DNA of 64,000 nt from Takakia lepidozioides (Eukaryota; Plantae; Bryophyta). A program made the position numbers and the translations under genes. The notes below the pieces were generated by a model. That model saw nothing but the letters and a program-made list of their open reading frames with translations. It had not been told where the DNA came from and ran no database searches. Below, piece by piece: positions 46,252 to 60,480 of this stretch. The stretch lies in the NCBI GenBank assembly GCA_030704615.1, contig CM060731.1, forward strand, positions 32,798,001 through 32,862,000, in the 5' to 3' direction. Position 1 is the first letter of the stretch; each line of letters opens with the position of its first letter.

Positions 46252-49010
46252 ATGGTGCTGCTGTTGCTGCAAATCAAAGCCGAACTTGAGAATTTAACTA
46301 ATCTAACCGCGCAAGGAGGCTCTGATGGATCTGAATTCACTTTCTTCTTCAAGGTCTGTACCGTTTCCTTCATTGTTCTTTTCGAGGTTGTGGGTTGGCA
46401 AGTGTGGAGTGAAATCGTGGCTGCATGTGGGGGTTGTGGCTGGGACGGCCCAGAAAGAGTGGGAGGCTTGCATTATGTTGACATCAAAACATGCTCTCTG
46501 TAAAGAAAACAAGGCTTGAGAGATGTGTTCTCATTGTCCTTTCCCTGCGAACATTGGCTTGCCGTAAGTCCCCGTGGGATACCAACTGCACAGGAGCCGG
46601 TTGTCCACCAGGGGAGAGCTCGGAAATCGTTACGTGGACTTGAGTGTCTTTCGTACAAGCTGGTTTAAGCTGGAAATGATTCCAGCACTGCTGCTGTTGG
46701 CCCTAATTAGACCAAGAGGTCACCAACTTAGAGAGAGGGAGAGATATTCGCTATGGAAGTGTGCAATCCACGTACGTCACCAACGTAAGTATAACCTGGC
46801 TTTGTCATGTGAGAGCGCAGCAATTTATTTGAGCGAGCAATTCCGGGTAGCCTTCAGGGGCTGCGTTACTGAGCAGCGTCTAAGTTGTATACCGTCCCCT
46901 CTCTTTCCAATGGAAACAACAGGCATAAACCCATCGGATTTGTGGCCTTGACAGAGACTTATTAGGACATTTCATGGTCACAGCTATGATCTTCACATTT
47001 TGTGTCAGAATAATATTGAAGGAGCTGAGAGGAGCTGAGGGGAGAGGCTGACTTGAGTCGTCAAAATTGTGACTGATGTGTTACCTCCATCATCAAGTAT
47101 TCTCTTTTGGTTTTTGTTTCTCTCTCCCACTTCTCAACTACAGGGTTTTTTTGGATTTTGTCAGTGTCTTCCAACTCCTTCCCCCTTTGGTAAAAACTAT
47201 TAGGTCACGACCCTAGCCTTGATTGTCCGTTGAAGATTTCTGCTTGATAGTGATGCTATTGTTATGCTGCAATGGCATCTGGAGCATCTCTGTAAGATCT
47301 CAGACCATTTGTACTCCTATGCATTCTCATCGGATGATTCTCCATGGATGCTTACATTGTAGCCTGATGAACTAACTTGAAACGGACAATGTAAGCACAA
47401 TTGGGTGCTTGGTTTCACTTCCGAGAAGGACTAAACTAACCCTAATCAATCATCAACTTAGATTTGAGTTAACTGTGGTTAAGCCCAAGTGGTAATATCA
47501 CGCAGCCATAGTTTCTTGTTGTGCAGGGTTTTTCATAAAGGAATTGTTCTTGTTAGCACAATTTGATCTGGGTTTGCTTGAGTGACAGATCAAGTGCACC
47601 ACTTGTGGAGGAGTTACTGAGAAAGACTCATCCGTGACTGCATCAGAGCTCTACGACATCAAGAGGAGCCGTGGCAGTGCCAATCTTGTACAGAAGGTGT
47701 GGTCTCCCTTGAGCTTCACTCTGATGTAACTCTCCCTGTGTATATATTTCAGTTTACTTACATGTGACCCTCTTCTTGCCACCAGACTATAACGTCACGG
47801 ACATACACAGATGACTGGCTTCAGTGGGTGGGTGTGTCTAACAAAGGGATGAACTCAATGTAACATCATTTATGACTCCGCTGTGGTTGTATGACTGTCT
47901 GGGTTGCATGCATGAAGTTCAAAGACTCTGGAGTGTAAGGGTAGTTCCATTCGACTGTCTTGCCTTAGAATTTCTTCTGCACTGTTGGCAGTGATTCAAG
48001 TGTCTATGGGCTGACAGATGCAAGTGCAGTAAGTATATTGGCCAAGAGTCGGTCTTGTCTTCATGAAGGATATGTGAGATGGATCCCCCCCACCCTTCTT
48101 TTGTGGATGAAACTCACGCAGATATTAGTGCTATGTATCAGTGCAAGTTCTGTGAGAAAGGCGGTAACATTACAATCGTGGAGGGCCGGGGCAAGCCCTA
48201 CACCCTGGAGGACAGTGAAGCTGGCAATTTTGTTCCCATTGCGTGTTTTGACTGCAGAGGTATTGAGCCTGTTGAGTTCTCTTTGCGAGATGGTTGGGCA
48301 GCTGAGGGGGTAAGCCCTTGTACTTCTCTCACCTAGAGTTATTTCCTGTAATTTTGATTACTAAAGAGAATGTACTTACGAGATGTTGTTTGCTATAGCC
48401 TTGGTGGCCATAGACCCAATTAGAAAAGAGTGTCAGAGAGAATTTGGTACTCTGCCCACTGCTCTGGTCCTGGTTCAGGACTGCACAGTATCTTTCGGTC
48501 CCATAACTTACCTCTGGAAAATTAGTGCTGTATGAACTTTTTGAACAGAAGCCTCACAATGTTCTGGTTATGTGGAAATGAAGCTGGTCTTATTTCGGCA
48601 AATGATCGAGCTCTCAGCTCACTGAGAATGACATAGCTTCCAGATTGCTGTTTAAAACGAGAACACAGGTCAAAATAATGAGCTGACCTAGTGGTAGAAG
48701 GCAGGATGGTCTCCGTCAGCTTCCTGCATTTCTTCGCTTATTACTGACTCCAAATCTTAGGGGGAGAATATCCCTGCATTTTGCTCCTTGAATCGCAAGT
48801 CTCTCGTTTGACACTGAGATATATTTACTGGAGGTCAGTTGTCAGGGACCATCTGTATGTGCTTACGACTGTAGTTGTGGATGTCAGTTGTCAGGGACCA
48901 AATTTGTGGACATCGATATTTCCGATGGTGAATGGTCTGAGTACGATGAGAAGGCTTCTGCTTCTGTTGGCATTCTCAACATAGAGCATAAGTTCGTTGC
49001 AACAAAATAG
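46252..49010 (+). CDS. DUF866 / UPF0587 CXXC-motif zinc-binding protein (C1orf123 family); 4 exons (46252-46353, 47589-47696, 48142-48309, 48888-49010), 166 aa
   Basis: Reads MVLLLLQIKAELENLTNL..FFFK | IKCTTCG..RGSANLVQK | CKFCEK..FDCRGIEPVEF | LSGTKFVDID..EWSEYDEK. All introns are GT-AG phase 0. Confidence 0.92.
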
Positions 49011-49939
49011 GCCGGCTACCCCAAATTTCCAAAAACTCATTCTCTCAATGCATTGGTTAAGGGTCATTTCCGAATCAAGCTCTACTAGACACATGTACAG
49101 ACTAAAAGGTCCCAAGTTAGCTTTTAGGCTTTGACATCCATGCAGTGAAGTCTTTGGGAAGCAGAGGGTATTGATGAAACGTTTCCAGATAAATTGCCAA
49201 AGAGTGTAATGATTTGTACCAGTGGGCTTTTCCAAGGATATATTTTTTGAGATAGGATCATCTCCATGTTCACACTCATGTTAAAAAAAGAAAATTAGAT
49301 TGCTTCTCGCCCTACTTCAGACCAAAGGGAGTCCATAATTGCAAACAGAATGGCTTTCATGCAGACTTTGCCATAAAGAGAATGACAAAATGTTTAGCAG
49401 GTCTTACTGCTCAAAATTGGGATGTGTTGTGGTCAAGTGATCTGTCGTTGGCCTCACCAAACCAAGCGCTCACGATGAGACACAAAGGCCATGCTTACAG
49501 CTAACTGTGGCTGTAAAGAAAATCGATAAGAATCACCGTGGACAAAGCATTGGAATCCACGGAAGATGAAGAAAGAAACAGAAATGCTGAGAGGAAGAAG
49601 AGTTCAATCACTGAAAAGTGTACCTCAAAAGAATTTTGGGACATGGGTCCTGATTCCAGGGTTTTGGGTTGTGGGTTAAGTACCATGCTGCACACTCCAT
49701 TCAACCCTTGCATTTTGTAGGCATGGAGACCTGGCTGTTGTTTGCTTGCTTTCTCTGGTGGAAGTGACGAGGCCGGAGGCTTGTCTTTACCAGTAGTTGA
49801 TTCGTTGGTAGGCTAATAGGAAAAGGTCCTCGGCTGTAGATTAGCAGTTGACGTCAAGGGTTCCTCCTGAGTTTCTTCGTGCAGGAGTTCCAGAAGAGCT
49901 TGCTGTGACGATGTTTAGCATATAATTTGTTTAAGAGTC

Positions 49940-49941
<2 letters not shown>

Positions 49942-49977
<36 letters not shown>
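49942..49977. repeat. (CT)n microsatellite
   Basis: Direct reading; lies just upstream of the F-box ATG. Confidence 0.9.
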
Positions 49978-49980
<3 letters not shown>

Positions 49981-50008
49981 GCTGTGCCTATAGTGACAGT
50001 GGAAGAGG

Positions 50009-52602
50009 ATGGGGGCAGTGATGGTGAAGGAGGAGGAGAAGACAAGTAACTCCCGAGATACAGAGCCGGCTAAGTCGGCAGGCGCTCGACGCGTCCATGG
50101 CGAAGACGTGACTGTGCCAGAAGCTGATCGGACAGGCCGAGGGATGGCAGACCTGCCGGAGATATGCATTGCACTCATTCTATCACACACCTCTCCTTTG
50201 GACGTTAGCAAACTTGCATTAGTTAATCGCACGTTTTGGGAAGCTTCCCGCGCAGACTTGGTATGGGAACGCATGATGCCATCTTATTACGAGGGACTCG
50301 AAGAAGTGGCATCCAAGGGTTTGCGTTTTGCTTCAAGAAAGGAGCAGTATTATCGGCTCTCCAATCGGTTTTTTTCGGGTACTCCTACACAGGTTCTGAG
50401 ACCTTCTTTTTCCCCACTCTCTTACCCTTCCATTTGCAGACTCGTCGCTTGAAGTATTTTCACTTTCTTCCTATGTGTGCGTTCTCTCGTGAAACCGAGG
50501 AATGCTCAGAATAGGACAGATTGACGCTTGCAGTTGTAACCAAGAGCTAACCCTTCAGCATGGGTAATAGAACGTGTGCATTTAGCCCACAATTGAGTGC
50601 TTGCCACCTTTACCGATTCTCATCTCAAATTTAGAGCGAGCTCCAGTGTGAAGGGAAGGGAGAGGTGGCTAAAACAATTAGAGAATTGAAGTCTAAGGAT
50701 GCCCAAAGTGAAACTCAATGCCACTACTCATGGAACTAAGTGTTTCATTATGCCATTATGCCCGGTTCTTCATGCCTTCCAAGCAACTAGGTCGATGATG
50801 CATATCTCGACTCGGAAATTCTTCCTTTCAAGACCACCTTGTTTTTAGGTCAGTATGATTCTTGTGGTGATTGTAGGGGCTGTGCCATGAAATAGACAAA
50901 TTCATGCAGATTTGATGGATAGATGATAGATTTGATGGATAGATGATAGCAGGGTCTGAAAGACAAATGGGCGGCTCATTTGGTCATCCCGCATATTGTG
51001 CAGGGTTTTTGGATGGATCGGGCCACTGGAGGAGTGTGCCATAGTTTGTCGGCAAGAATGTTTAGCATTGCTGCGAGTGACGACCCCCAGTGTTGGGAGT
51101 GGTTCTCACAGCCTGGCTCCAGGTCTGTCATTTGTTTTTGCAAGTTCAGAGTTTCTTCTCTGCGGTTTTGGCACTGCTTTCTTTGAAAAGGTAGATTTTG
51201 AAGGAAGGCAGGGTTTTGGTTGTGGGGGGAGTAAGCTTCACTGGAAATCAAGAAACATACAGACAGATGAATGGGAAGGATTTGCATTGTGCTAGAGCCA
51301 TGTGTATGGATACTCACTCCAGCAAGTTTCAGAGAGCAAAAGAGAGACATCAGGTGAAACAGAGAAGAGAGGCAGAGACGAATATATGCTTTTACAAGTT
51401 AAGGGAGAAGGATGGCTAGCATAGACTTGGAACTAGCCCATGAATCATAAGCTTTCAGGGTCGTTCTCTGATTGCCTTGTCTACAACTCAAGCCTTGACC
51501 GGGTAGACCCTGCAGTGTAGTAGCCCTTCCAGAGCCTGATGGATTTAACCCACCAGGATAAGAAACTTTGGAAACTTTCGTGCATAGCCAAAGATGATCC
51601 CCTAAAGCATTGATTTGAGGACTGGCTTATGATATTCCTGGATTGAACACTACTGTAATCCTCAACCTAAAACGCAGCTTTTAGCACTTGGCATTGTACC
51701 AGGTGAAAGAAGAAAGAAAGAAAGAAGGGAAGAAATTTACACAGAATGTACACATTGACCATACTCTGAGCACCTTTGCAACACCATACATTAAGGGCAT
51801 ATTGGTGTGTCAGATCAACGGAGAAGAATGAGTTGATTATGTCCATGACAGGGTGAGAGAGAGAGCAGGTAGGGAAGACTCTATGACTATGTTTGAAAGC
51901 GTAGAAGAATATCGAAGTAAGCAGTTTCTCTCCTTTTAAGGCCACCTCTTGTGCAGGTTTCCGGATGTAGCATATTACAAGGCCCTTAACAGTGTTGAAG
52001 TGAGGGGCAACTTCGAGTGCACACTGCCACGGGGAGCTTACACTCTCTCATGGCGGCTCCAGCTCGCAGGTATTCAGCCCATCTTCAGGGCCCATTACTT
52101 GCCCTACTCCTCCTACACAGTCGACCACACCATGCCGTTCAAGTTTGACCTCTCAACGGGTGATGGACAGCACACAGAATCCCATCAATATTTGGACTGC
52201 AGCAACGACCACTCGAAGGACCTCAGCAGCACTGGGTTCCCTGAAATCAGCAGCCAAAAGTGGGTGGAATATGATGGAGGGAATTTCCTAGTAGAAAGTG
52301 AAGACACGCAGCTGCAACTGGAGTTTTCAATGACGGAGGGTGCAATGGGGATTTGGAGATCGGGATTCTTATTGGATGGGATTGTCATTAGACCTGTAGC
52401 CCTTGTTGAGAGGGAATATCAGAGAGTGGTAGTGGAGACTAGGGAGCGGCAGAGAGTTATGATTGATCCTATGGAGAGCTTGGAAAAGAGAGAAAGAGTG
52501 AGACATTTGGATGACTGGCTGGCCCCCGAGTGGCTGGCCAACATAAAGGAAATCAGGGAGGGCCATGGTGTCTTGGTGATTGGGCCTTTCCCAGTGTCCT
52601 GA
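50009..52602 (+). CDS. F-box / phloem protein 2 (PP2, Nictaba-like) protein; 3 exons (50009-50392, 51004-51122, 51957-52602)
   Basis: F-box DLPEICIALILSHTSPLDVSKLALVN..ASRADLVW, and PP2 domain FWMDRATGGVC..SRFPDVAY..WVEYDGGNF..GFLLDGIVIRP. Intron phases 0 and 2 are compatible. Confidence 0.88.
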
Positions 52603-52996
52603 TGTCCCATTGTGCAAGCCAAGGGAGACTGATAGCCAGAGTTGTTTGGAATATCCTCCTTGAAGGTAATTGAACACTGAGATCAGATAAAGCTGTGCAG
52701 ATTGCTGGTGGATGACTCTGGGGTTAGCTAGATGGTGGTTCCGGATGGGTTATTTGGATGTTTGTGTAAATGGATGGATGAAACTTGATCAGAGGCTATC
52801 GAATGAATGCAAAGAGGTAGGGATGGATGGAGTTGTGTAGTGGATGAGCTGGATGTGCCGTTCATTTTTATCGTCGTCTCGCATTCGTCTCTCGTAGTTT
52901 CTCGTCCGTCCACAATTTCTCGCTGGACGAGGGAGCTCTTGTTTGGTAGGGTGCAAGTTGAGGAAGGGATTCCGAGGAAGGAGAGGGAGGAGGGCG

Positions 52997-55222
52997 ATGG
53001 TGCTCCCAAGTTGGGTTACCGTGAGAGCTTCGCAGCTGTTCTTCCTCATCATTGTGTTGCAGATCCCACTTTTCAGGTATGTCAAGGGTCTTCTGGTGCT
53101 CTTCTCACGGGGGGACTTATTGGGGCAGTATGTTCTTTTCCTATGAATTTTTTGTAGGATGACGATTTCAGTGACTTCATGATTCAGCCTGTCTCTGACG
53201 CAAAGGTTTCACATTTACAATTGGACATAATTTCAACGAGGTGACGCCCATGTAAGTAGACATTGGCACATGTAGTCAATCAATCCACTAGTACATTCGG
53301 TTGGACTGGGTGGACAATCTAGAGATGCAAGCAATCGGCCAGAGTTAGCTATAACATGTTTCCTGTGGAAATTGGTGAAGAAGTTTGCTGCAAAACATTA
53401 GATTTGACGTAGCCCTGATTAGTGATTAGCCACAAAAGCTGTGATTTGTTAAACCCTGATTTTTGGATGAGCCAAGAGTTGTACGTACTTCTCTGCTGGC
53501 GTTCTATAAGTTTTATAGACTGAAATGTATGTAAACTGAGAGTTTGAGATTGAGGAGGGAAGTAGCGTTGCAGTTCCTTTGTCCAAGGATTATAATTTCC
53601 ACCTTTTCGGATTAGGATGAAATATCAGATTGAATAATGGTCCGTTCTCATGTTTTGTACGTCTCATAAGCTGTTTGAAATTACATCTGTATTCATGTAA
53701 AAAATTGCAAGTGGTCTTTGTTGGGTCCACTGAAATATTCCTTCCAGGGACTTTCAGGGTGAGACCCACTGTACTAGTGAAAAGGTCACAAGCACAGTAG
53801 ATTCGCAATTTATCATAGGCTAATGCAGGAAAGAATATTTTCAGTGTGCTAGTAGCATCAAATTTTGCAAGCCTCTTATGGTTTCCAGGTTGGTAGTGGT
53901 AGCACACTTCACCTCTTCCCCTTGTGGGGTGTCTATGGTCCTTGGACTAGAACCATGACTTATGCTGGTGGCGAACTGGCATTTCTCTTTCAGAAATTTA
54001 TTTTTGGCATGGGGATGTGAATCCACAATGAGAATTGTGTGTGCATTAATTGCACAGGGCTCCATGCCGAAGTGGAGTTTGTAGCTCCCCAATGGAGGTG
54101 ACAGCAAGTCAGCTTGGAGCCAGTCAAATCGTTCCAGAGGTCGTGCTGAAGGCATTTCTCTTCCCAGGGGCATGTCTGATACAGGTCATGAATGGTCACT
54201 CTCCTGCAGAAGTGTGGAACAATCTCTTACAAGACTACAACATGACTGACTTCAAAGACCCTTCTCCATCTGATGCTTATCGCCTTGAGGTTAAATCCCT
54301 TACCTTTTTCTCCAGAGAGCCAACAGTGCTGCATTTGCATGGTGAAGGTTGATATTGGACTAATTTTTCAAGATGATCTGAAATGATCCCCTCAAATCAC
54401 ACTCCCACCCTTGTAGCCACCTGGTGCTGGGTAGGCTCTATTTCAGTTGGGGATCATATCATACCCTGGTAGGTTGTAGCTTACCTCTGGTATTCGACAT
54501 GGGGCTACCATGTTCGCAGCAACATTAGGTGGTTCTACAGGATTTGCCATCTCTGCTTGGTGCTTGAGTCAAAAGTGACAAGCAATCTTCCTGTACCCTG
54601 GCTTCTTACAATAGAAGCATAACTCTTCTCCATTGGGTCCTCGCTCTTGATCTCTTCTAGTATCTTTCTGTTCTCTTGTCTATTTCCTTGGTAATTATTG
54701 CTTCCCTGTTGATAACCTCCCTGGTTATTCCTTCTTACTGCTCCTGCATAACCCTTGTTCACAGGAGTAATATCCCTTGTTCACAGGAAGAGTACAGTTT
54801 TAGTATGCCTTTCCTTGTTGCCTTTGATTCTTTTTTTTCTAGCTGTCTGCAAAACCCCCAATCAACATTGAATTGGGTTGTGATTGGCTATGCACAAGCG
54901 CCATGGGTTGAATGTCCATATTCCAGAGGGTAGAAACCCTGTGACTGGCTCCTTGAAGGTTAGTAGCCTGTGAGGCCTACTTCAGGGGTACTTCATAGCC
55001 AACAGTCAAAGGGAGTACAGCTTTCTCGTTCTGGTGAGGAGAGACAGACAAAGAGAGAACATTTATTATGACCGCAGGAAGCTAAAAAGAACCGCCAAGG
55101 GCCACGAACGGAACCTCACCATAGAAGTACTTTGGCATTTAGATCTTGAGAGGGCGAGAGAAGGAGAATGTTCTCCTAAGATGTTGTTTGCCGTAGCCTT
55201 GTGGCCATAAGACCCCACGTTT

Positions 55223-55254
<32 letters not shown>

Positions 55255-55623
55255 TGTGTCAGGTCACTAAGGCTTATTGATTTGGACACTGGAGTTTGGG
55301 CTCTACTTCTAAACCATTTGAGGTGGTTGTAGGTGTTGGCTGGAAGTTACTTTGCTCTGGCTGGGGCAATGGTAAGCCTACTGAAACCAGGGCGTATGAG
55401 CATGTTCGGCATGTTGCTCATAGCATGGGGCCTTTTGAAGGGAAATCTGTTTGAGAAGCCACAAGGCAGAGGAGTTTCTGATTCTGGTTACCCAGAGCCA
55501 ATGCTTGCTTTGGCCTTGTTGTTATCGGTCTTGTCTATCAAGTTTGATGCTGCAAAAGTGCAGCGGCTGACGAGACCATTAGCAAAGCCAATGATGAGCT
55601 CAGCTAAGACCAAGATAAAGTAA
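52997..55623 (+). CDS. Conserved plant membrane protein of unknown function; 3 exons (52997-53076, 54058-54289, 55333-55623), ~200 aa
   Basis: Reads QLFFLIIVLQIPLFR|APCRSGVCSSP..RLE|VLAGSYF..LLKPGRMSMFG..AKPMMSSAKTKIK; I recall this family from Arabidopsis At5g11280-like proteins. GT-AG introns are in compatible phases. Confidence 0.85.
55228..55254. repeat. (GA)n microsatellite
   Basis: Direct reading; intronic. Confidence 0.9.
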
Positions 55624-56585
55624 ATGGCTAATACTGTTGGAAGGTAGGCTCAGATGTGTTCCATTTTCCGGTGTGTGTAGTCGGTGTATTTTGCAATAGT
55701 CTTGGCATATTGGAGTTTTCTGCTTTAGTTGCCCTACAGCCGGAGCTCCTCATCATTGGAGTCCCGTGGGGCACTGCTGGTACCCTGCCGTGCAGTACTC
55801 AGAGCTCATGTCCAGCAGCTTAGATACCATGGCAACCCATGAGGGTTCCCATTCAGGCGAGTCAAAAATGTCAGCTGAAGTTCCTGTTCGCAAAGTTGCC
55901 TAAATCTCAAGAGTATTTTCACTTCGACCCATTCAGTACCATCGCAATTCTGTGCATGAATTTGAGCTGTCCCTAGGTACTCTTTTGGGTGACTTCATAG
56001 GGACACCTGCAATCACTCATGTTAAGAGTTTGCCAAAAAGTGGTCCAAGGTGATGCGACTTCACAGATGCCAATATGAGGGGTGAGAAAGCTAATAAAAC
56101 ATGAATGCCAGTCAGAGTGCTGTTCTTCACCCTATTCCATGTTTGATTGCTTTCGCGTCTTGTGAAGTGTCTTGTGCAATGCTGGCTGTCATAAGGAACA
56201 AATGCCCATCTGCGAAGGAACGTCCCAATCCTGTTCCAGTTAGCGGGATTCACCACATCGAAAAGTGCGGAGCGCTGCACTTTGAACCGTCGCAGCAGCT
56301 GTGAGGATCTGGCACCCGCCATCGCCATCGATCTGCACATCGCCTCTTGTAACTCCTCTTCAGCGGGAAGTGCAGGATGTTGATCATTACATCATACCCC
56401 ATTGCCAACCATTTGGATGCCTACATCCAATGATAGGATGGGAAAATGGCCCTAATGCATGCAAAGAATCCTCATCAATGCATGACAAATCGACCGGGAT
56501 ATGGCAGAATTAGGGTTCAGCGATTTTCTTGTTGGTGTTCTTGTTGCAAGAGCAACTTCAGCGTCTGTCCTGTGTGCGAGAATCG

Positions 56586-57029
56586 ATGGGAGCAAATGCA
56601 GCGGATAAGCCACTTGAACTGATCAATGAGCAGGCAGTGGCTGGCAAGTGGAGCTTCTTGCGATCGGAGCTCAACCAGCTCTACTCCAAGATCAATGAGC
56701 TGGAGCTGGAATTGAATGAACACACTCTGGTGATTAATGCTATCCGTCCCCTAGATCCTAAGAGAAAATGCTACAGAATGATAGGTGGAGTACTGGTGGA
56801 GCGGACGGTGGGAGAAGTATTGCCTGCTGTGCAACGAAATAAGGACGGCCTACAAGAGGTGATTGGCAGGCTTACAGAAGCTCTGGAGAAGAAAAGGAAG
56901 GAGTTCTCCGAGTTTGAATCAAAGTACAAGATCAAGATTCGAAGAGGGGACGAGGATGTTGCAAGGGATGAGGAGCGGAAGGAGAGGGCTGCACAAGGGG
57001 TGCTTGTTGGTTCTGCGTCGGGCGTGTAG
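56586..57029 (+). CDS. PFD2: Prefoldin subunit 2
   Basis: Intronless 147-aa ORF with ELNQLYSKINELE..EHTLVINAI..LDPKRKCYRMIGGVLVERTVGEVLPAV. Confidence 0.93.
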   Translation: MGANAADKPLELINEQAVAGKWSFLRSELNQLYSKINELELELNEHTLVINAIRPLDPKRKCYRMIGGVLVERTVGEVLPAVQRNKDGLQEVIGRLTEALEKKRKEFSEFESKYKIKIRRGDEDVARDEERKERAAQGVLVGSASGV

Positions 57030-60000
57030 GAGACTTTGTCCTCCGGATGTTAGGATTTTGTCAGGTCAGTCGGTGTGAGAGACTATCTATCTTTGATCCG
57101 AAATTTTCTGTGTAGTTATGATGCGAAATGGTGTTCTATATGAAGGCCACTCTGCAAGGTTAGAAAACTATGTAGTTTGTACAAGGAAAACGTGACCCCT
57201 GATACCAATGTAGGGAGAAAACTGTGCTTTTGGCTCTTTTCATGGCAGAAGCGACTAGTCACTACGCAGCAGAGTGTAAGCAGATGTGACCTTTGAACAT
57301 GCTTTGAAGTTTGTGGGTCTCAAGAACTCTATTGTTGTTCTCGAAATGAAAACAGCAACTTTACGTCAGCAAAATGTATTGGGAGTTTCATGCAGTATCC
57401 ATAACATCTCAGGTCTTACAACCCCATAGAAGAAAAAGAAAGGAAGAATATGATCTTTTCAAAATGTGGGCAGTTTCAAGCTTTCCATTTATAAAGACAA
57501 AAATTGGCAGAGAATGCAAGAAATATGCAAACCATGAGGAAACTGCAGGAAGACACACATAAAGAAGTGACGGAGATGAGGGAGGCTTCAAGATTGTTAG
57601 GGAGAACGTTGATATTTTGTCTTGTGTATCTCAGTTTCAAGCAACTTCATGTAACTAGACAAATCTATTTTAAAGCTTCCATTAAATCCAGTCTCCTTGG
57701 TTATTCTAGAAGGCCACTCTGGTCCTGCTGCTGTATTGCCCGGGGCTGGACGGCAAAGGTCAGTCATCCAGTGATTGCAGCAAGTTGCCTACGCTATGTA
57801 AGAGCTTGTGACTACATGCTTGAGGCACTTCTCTTTGGGTGAACATTTGATGACTTATGAAGTGGTTCTTGGCTTGTTACACCTGTCCCTCAAAGGCCTC
57901 TGTGGATGTTACATAAGTTTCTTTCACTTCTCTCCTCTTTCTACCTGTGTATGTATGAACCCCACTGGCTTAGAAAGGGTTGGAGCGGATGGAAATTAAT
58001 CTGCAGCTGCCAGCATACCTATTCCTCTCTCTCCCTTAATCTTGTTGTCCTTATTCATAACCGACCACCTTACTCGATGTGGCAAACATAAGGCCCTCTC
58101 CAAGAGCCCTCTCCTTGTAATCAAACTACAGAAAGCCAAAGTTTTACTGAGACTCTTTTTACTCTGTAACTCTAAGAGTTTGAAAAACCCGGCCTGGAGG
58201 TTCTCTCTTTAGTACAACCTACCCTGCAGGTTCTACCCAAAACCAGAGAACTGCCCAACACTGTAGCAAGCCCTCGAGGCCTGTACCTTGGTTTCCTTCT
58301 AGCCCTGAGATCTGATCTTGTACATTCATCCATCCTCATACTTTAGTTTTCAATAAAAATAACAATGTTCCCTTCTCATACCAACTTGCCTTCGTGTAAA
58401 GGCAGGGCGCACAAGGTTGTGTAAAAAATGTTGGATGGTGGTGGCCATTAGTGGGCTTGAAAACATTGAAGGAACTTCAATATCCATGCTTATGGATTCC
58501 CGTTCTCAAATATTCTTGGATATGTAGCTGTTATGAGGTGTGCAAGTGTGTGCAATTCAATACCTAAAGAGTGAAATACTTTCAAGAAAGGTGCTAAAAG
58601 TTTTTACAAAGACAGTCAGGAAAGACTGGGAGAGTAAAGGGAGAATTTTGAGATTAATTAAGCTCGGAGAATGTACTCATAAGACATTGTTTGCAGTAAC
58701 CTTCTGTAATTATGAGGAAGAGAGACACGTTCCTGCAAACACTGGCCTTCAGGTCTTAGTCCCCCATAGTACACCAGAGTGAGGACTACACTAACAGAGC
58801 TATATGCAACAACATGCATTCTGGCACAATGTCAATGCCCATCCTGAAATCCACACAATCCACAAAGTTGCATATATTTTCTACACATAAAGAGAGAACA
58901 ATTGAAAAAAATCATGACATTTGACAATTCCACTGCTTTTGCAGGATTGGCCAGGACCCACCAAGTCATAACAACTACACTCGGGCCATTCAACTCTGCA
59001 CACTGCTTCCCGCACATGCATTCACTATCCCCCTTTCATAATGTACCTCTGAAAGTCATTGTTACATATGCTACATAAATGAGTGCATAATGACCTCAAA
59101 AACAAAAGAGATTGGTATCTCCAGTGTTGCCATGGCTTTCAGGGACAAGCAATGGCAACTGCCCACCCTGAGCAGGTGGTCCTTCAAAGATGATCCAAGT
59201 AACTCCTAATTAATTTATCCTTAGTTTTCAGTGAAGTCGTATAGACTGTCAATATAATGGGTCATGTTTCTAGTCTGGTCAGTGGAATACCTGGTAAGTC
59301 TTGATTCACTGCCAAAGATGGCATCATCCAGGGAGAGGTAGAGGGAGGCAGCGTGAGAGGAAGGCTTCCAGTTGGGGCGCCTCCAATGGCCCAAGGTTCT
59401 GTGAATACCACTCCTCTACTATAAGAATGTACAAATTGAAGTAACTTAATCTTTTATCTTATGTGGCTAAGAGTTGGACAGTTCCAAATGGTAACTAGCG
59501 ACAGAATTTTTACCGTGTAATTTCCACCTCCCAATATTAGAGGGCTGTTATTCAGTCATTTGTTCCTCCTCTTTGTCCATCTCCTTTGGTGAAGGCTTGG
59601 TATCAGCATATTTCTATTAATATAGCATCCGAGCTAGAAGATTAATTGGTTGCTTCCTGTTTACCTGCATCCATACATACAATGTGGAATGATCAGTTCA
59701 GATATATCACGTGTCATCACTTCTAACTCAAATCATCAAGATTGCAGTGGTTTCATCGACTTAGAAGGTACATCAAAATGAGACAGAAAGAAAGGAGGAA
59801 AGAAAGAAAGAAAGAAAGATACTGTACAACCCCGAGGTCCAATGGGACAAAGTGGAACAACAAGACCCCAGAGAGAATACCCCACCCTTGCTCCCATGGG
59901 GTGATGTCCTCTTTGGGGCTGGCTCTGGCTAACAATGAGACCAATAAAACCTCCATCAAGTGATATAGTTCTGAACCAATATGACCTTCCTTTAAATAAA

Positions 60001-60480
60001 CTGGCATCCTTTAACTCGTCAACTAAACTTATCAATGTGCACCCTGGTTTCCTATAATACATTCTGGTGAAGACCTCATCACCGCAAGTCGAATCCCACA
60101 GAGCTATGTAAAATTGGTTGCTAGATTCACACCTCTTGCGGAAACATTTAGGCTTGAAGTTCTTTAGTAGAGGCACAGAAGGAGAGTGATTCAGAAGTGT
60201 AAAAATGTCTCTTGTGCAAACCACCGATGCATGATTATAGAGTCCAGTCCCCAAAAGAGGTTGGACAATTGCTTACACAAGGTCCAAAAAGCCGTCAAAA
60301 AACCTCCACGGGGTACTGCTTAAAAGTTTAACTTCAAAACCGTAACTGAGGCATTGATTTTATAGCCTACGGATAAAACATGAAGCAAAGGCACAAGCAG
60401 TCGAATGAGAAAAATTTCACCATACCATGGTTAACTGTACTTACCAGTTGATTTCTCTTCAAGTGTTGATGTCGAGTATC

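Noticed and set aside
54440-55050. Intronic minus-strand ORF 54535..54762 (N/Q/G-rich, SYASIV) as a nested gene
   Set aside because: Short and low-complexity; more like a retroelement ORF1 remnant, and not supportable either way.
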